Source: Octopus sinensis
Taxonomy: Eukaryota
Length of the DNA: 10,837 bases
Direction of reading: 5' to 3'
Assembly: GCF_006345805.1 (NCBI RefSeq)
Contig: NW_021827301.1
Span: 1 to 10,837 of the forward strand
Translations under genes and position numbers: made by a program
Notes under the pieces: generated by a model
The model's database searches: none
What the model was told of the DNA's origin: nothing
The model's input: the letters and a program-made list of their open reading frames with translations, nothing else
Shown here: one piece after another, positions 7,790 through 10,837 of the stretch
Numbering within the stretch: position 1 is the stretch's first letter
Layout: each line of letters begins with the position of its first letter

Positions 7790-8290
7790 TGTGTATGTGT
7801 GTGTATATGTGCGTGTGTATATGTGTGTGTATATGTGCGTGTGTATATGTGTGTGTATATGTGTGTGTGTGTGTGTGCGTGTGTGTGTGTAAGATTACTG
7901 TCGTCGTCATCATCATCATCCACAGCTACACGTGTTTGGGCATTTATGTGTGCGCATTAGTGTTATTATTATTACACACTTGTACGTATTTATGCATTTA
8001 TGTGTGTGTCTGTCTGTTGTGTTTGCATCTGTATTTGTCTACATATATATATATGTGTGTAAATATAGATTTATGTGTCCGCACGCGGAGACACACATAC
8101 ACGCACGCACATACATACATACATACATACATACATACATACATACCTACATATATACAAACATACATACATACATACATGCATGCATGCATGCATACAT
8201 ACCTGCATGCACACACACACATACATACATACATACATACATACATACATACATACATACATACATACATACATACATACATACATACAT
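7790..8290. repeat. Microsatellite block: TG/TA-rich compound repeat followed by (TACA)n
   Basis: TG-rich 12/14-bp units at 7790-7891. (TACA)n at 8110-8146 and 8220-8290, with (ATGC)n at 8179-8196. Confidence 0.95.
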
Positions 8291-8821
8291 CTCTATATAA
8301 TATTACATTAGAGAGATATCGTATGAAATAGCATCGTATCAATCTTATCCTCCTCCTCCTGCCTCCCTCCTCCTCTCCTCGTTCGTTTGGTCTTCAATTT
8401 CTTAGGAATAAATGCAGAAAGGGGAGAGAGAGAGGAGGCAGATAAAGCGAGGGGGAACAAAGTCTTCGTAGCAGAGGAGATGCAGGTCCAAATTGCTCAT
8501 TGACACCTCGCTCGGATCGCTGAATATTCATGACATCAACATCACACACACACACAACACACACACACACACACACGCAGATTGCAGTCTCTCCTCTCTC
8601 TCTCTCTCTCTCTCAGCCAATTTGTTCTAATGAACTCAGAGACCAGAGAGGTGGGGAGGGGGAGGTGTGCGAGAGGGAAGTAGCCAGGTTCCAGCGACAT
8701 CTTGACACCTTTGCAGAGAAGCTACACTAGGAAGGCGCGAATCCCTCGCTTGGTACATGATGAGTAAATGTCAGTGTAAGGGAATAACGTTTTTATTATT
8801 CCTTAGAGGGACGCGCACAAT

Positions 8822-8940
8822 GGTAGAAACGGTGGACGAAGTGTCTGGCAGAACTTACGCCCCACTCCCCACTCCACACGTTCTGAGTCCGGGTTTGATA
8901 TTTATCTTTCATTCTCCGTGGGTCGATGGAAACAAGAATA
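8822..8940 (+). mobile_element. Highly decayed copy of the 9348-type SINE
   Basis: GGTAGAAACGGTGGACGAAGTG...ACGTTCTGAGT...CTTTCATTCTCCGTGGGTCGAT is collinear with 9359-9470. Confidence 0.5.
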
Positions 8941-9053
8941 AACCCGATCAACTACTGAATGTGGATAGATTTTTATCGGTTAAAAGTCTTCCAAGAACGT
9001 CTGGGATTTTTGTCAAACACATACACAAAAGAAAAAAAAATCATAAACACATC

Positions 9054-9122
9054 CCGGGTTCAAATTCCGCTTGGGTCAACTTTGCTTTGCTTCCTTCTAG
9101 GCCGATAACAATAAAGTACCAT
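9054..9122 (+). mobile_element. Fragment (B box plus core) of the 9348-type SINE
   Basis: GGGTTCAAATTCCGCTTGGGTCAACTTTGCTTTGCTTCCTTCTAGGCCGATAACAATAAAGTACCA aligns to 9420-9484. Confidence 0.7.
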
Positions 9123-9124
9123 TG

Positions 9125-9315
9125 AAGTGCATGGCCCATTATGTAGGGTTTTGCATCTCTGGGTTTCCTCACAACCACATCCAACGCAACAGTCTACATC
9201 GAGTGATTTCTCGATTTGGGAGTGTTTTTCTGTCACTCAACATCCAGACTTATCAAATTTCGTGGATGTTGCAGGCCAAACTGGAGCACAAACTAGATCT
9301 GATAGACCAGAAAGG
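9125..9315 (+). pseudogene. Frameshifted C-terminal remnant of a Tc1/mariner-superfamily transposase
   Basis: Switching between two frames gives KCMAHYVGF / LWVSSQPH / DFSIW / HP / LQAKLEHKLDLI. This order matches my recollection of the transposase C-terminal motif series WC..HF..FW / LWP.SSPDLNP / DF.IW / HP / LKA.L...WD.I. Confidence 0.5.
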
Positions 9316-9347
9316 GTCAACTATTTCTAACAAACCTTATTGATCAT

Positions 9348-9581
9348 GGCGGCGAACTGGCAGAGTGGTTAGCTCGCCGGACGAAATGCTTGGCGGTATT
9401 TCGTCTGTCGCTACGTTCTGAGTTCAAATTCCGCCGAGGTCGATTTTGCCTTTCATCCTTTCGGGGCTGATTAAATAAGTACCAGTTACGCACTGGGGTC
9501 GATGTAATCGACTTAATCCGTTTGGCTGTCCTTGTTTGTCCCCTCTGTGTTTAGCCCCTTGTGGGTAATAAAGAAATAAAT
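9348..9581 (+). mobile_element. Near-intact octopus tRNA-derived SINE (GCCTTTCATCCTTTCGGGG core); tail type A
   Basis: A box TGGCAGAGTGG (9358-9368), B box GAGTTCAAATTCC (9420-9432), core at 9448-9485, and 3' tail GTCCTTGTTTGTCCCCTC...GCCCCTTGTGGGTAATAAAGAAATAAA. Three further related copies are in the window. Confidence 0.9.
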
Positions 9582-9987
9582 ATGCTACAGTATAAAAACT
9601 TTATTAACAAAGAAAGGAAAGATGGTGTGCGGTGGTGGCTGTGATGGGGCAATCGTCTTTAGTGAGCTGTGAAAAGGGGGGGGGCATAGATCCCCCTACC
9701 CGCCCACCTTGCTGGGGGCGGGGGTTAGTTTGCAACTTCTTTTCAAAGGGGTTGGTGGAGGGGATACTGATTTGCGGCTGGAACTGGCCAAAGATGGACC
9801 TGGGAGAGGCTGGATAGGGTTGGAGATGGGGGAAAAGGGAGGGGAGACTCAGTGATTTACATGAAGATGGAAAAATGCTAAGAGGTGGCATTCATGCCTT
9901 TCTACTAACAGTCCTATTAATGAATTGTGTGAAAAGAGACGAGAAACTGTATATTTGCTAACTGGGAATTGAAACCGGATCGCTGTT

Positions 9988-10068
9988 TAAAACATAGATG
10001 ACGGGTGGAGTGAGTAAAACATAGATGACGGGTGGAGTGAGTAAAACATAGATGACGGGTGGAGTGAG
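9988..10068 (+). repeat. Perfect 27-bp x3 tandem repeat
   Basis: TAAAACATAGATGACGGGTGGAGTGAG starts at 9988, 10015 and 10042 with no mismatches. Confidence 0.97.
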
Positions 10069-10127
10069 AGTCGTGCGAATCTATTTACTGGTCTTTCATT
10101 TTTATACCCGTCTCTACGTCTCATCGA

Positions 10128-10455
10128 TCATTTGACTGCAGCCATGCTGGAGCACCGCCTTTGTAAGCCTAGTACTTATTCTATGGGTCTCTTTTGTCGA
10201 ACCGCTAAGTTACGGGGACGTAAACACACCAGTATCGGTTGTCAAGTGGGGAGACAAACAAACACAAGCACATATGTATGTATGTGTTGTGTATATACGA
10301 CGGGCTTCTTTCAGTTTCCATCTACCAAATCATCTCACAAGTCTTTGGTCGGCCCAAGGCTATAGTAGAAGACATTTGCCCAAGGTGCCACGCAGTGGGC
10401 CTGAACTCGGAACCATGTGGTTGGTAAGCAAGCAGCTTACCACACAGCCACTCCT
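10128..10455 (-). mobile_element. Near full-length octopus tRNA-derived CORE-type SINE with internal microsatellite, minus strand
   Basis: Minus strand: A box TGGCTGTGTGG (10440-10450), B box GAGTTCAGGCCC (10397-10408), CORE-like CACCTTGGGCAAATGTCTTC (10368-10387), internal TA/CA repeat (~10255-10298), and 3' part GGTGCTCCAGCATGGCTGCAGTCAAATGA. Older copies lie at 2655-2910 and 4618-4766. Confidence 0.9.
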
Positions 10456-10467
10456 ATATTATCCTTC

Positions 10468-10600
10468 TAAAAGAGGATCACCGTCATACAAGCGATGTTC
10501 GTTTTCAGTCTTCCGTGAAAAGCGTGTCTGGTCGTAGGTGAATATTACCTTGCAAGGAGAACAGGTGTCACAACAAATTCAGTGGGCGTCAAGTGATTAT
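10468..10600 (+). mobile_element. Internally deleted copy of the 1397-1620 SINE 3' module
   Basis: ATCACCGTCATACAAGCGATGT matches 1434-1455. TCTGGTCGTAGGTGAATATTACCTTG...ACAGGTG matches 1476-1516. Confidence 0.65.
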
Positions 10601-10621
10601 AAACACACACACACACAAATT

Positions 10622-10748
10622 CACAGAGCTAAGTGACTGGTTGCTCGACCTGGTAGAAATGGCAGTTGAATTTCCCAAATGATCACAGCCGGAGTGTTTT
10701 GATTCGTAAGCCTACTCGATCAGGACTTACCTGGGGCTAAACGAACAT
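10622..10748 (+). mobile_element. GACCTGGGGYTAAAC repeat family, copy 5 (internally deleted)
   Basis: GCTAAGTGACTGGTTGCTCGACCTGGTAGAAATGGCAG...CTCGATCAGGACTTACCTGGGGCTAAACG. Confidence 0.75.
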
Positions 10749-10837
10749 CTACACAGGTACATCCATGTTCACACACACACACACACTCATCCACTGCAAA
10801 ACACGTATATAAACCATCCACATAAATACAGCCGTCT

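Noticed and set aside
7617-8342. Overlapping ORFs up to 178 aa with IHTY/YVCM repeats
   Set aside because: They are stop-free read-through of (TACA)n and (TG)n microsatellites on both strands.
9348-9436. Possible tRNA gene (likewise 2333-2400 and 10390-10455)
   Set aside because: A and B boxes are present, but there is no proper cloverleaf or anticodon loop, and each continues into SINE body sequence.
9988-10068. Possible CRISPR array
   Set aside because: The units are contiguous with no spacers, the context is eukaryotic, and there are no cas genes.
10070-10112. Possible minus-strand remnant of the 9348-type core, plus a B-box-like motif at 9963-9976
   Set aside because: The similarity is too short and degenerate to call by eye.

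Overview
Eukaryotic non-coding DNA (intronic or intergenic), most likely from an octopod cephalopod (Octopus sp.). This assignment rests on my recognition of its SINE families and its extreme (CA)n/(TA)n/(GA)n/(TACA)n microsatellite load. I find no credible intact protein-coding gene: most listed ORFs are read-throughs of microsatellites (HT/YI/CV/ER runs) or repeat fragments. The window contains: (i) about ten tRNA-headed SINE copies or fragments of at least three types (CORE-type, a GCCTTTCATCCTTTCGGGG-core type, and RTE-like ATG-tailed 3' modules); (ii) five co-oriented copies of a further repeat ending in GACCTGGGGYTAAACAAC, plus an inverted micro-array of its end; (iii) two decayed Tc1/mariner transposase fragments; (iv) a ~420-bp tandem duplication and a perfect 3x27-bp minisatellite; (v) unique, CpG-richer islands carrying candidate regulatory motifs (a bZIP C/EBP+CRE cluster at 106-485, two CTCF-like sites, a nuclear-receptor DR0, an ATF4/C-EBP site). 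I do not see a demonstrable new biological system. The best leads are the bZIP module, the unclassified co-oriented repeat family, modular SINE tail swapping, and inverted repeats that could be ADAR substrates. Family names come from memory, not from a database search.
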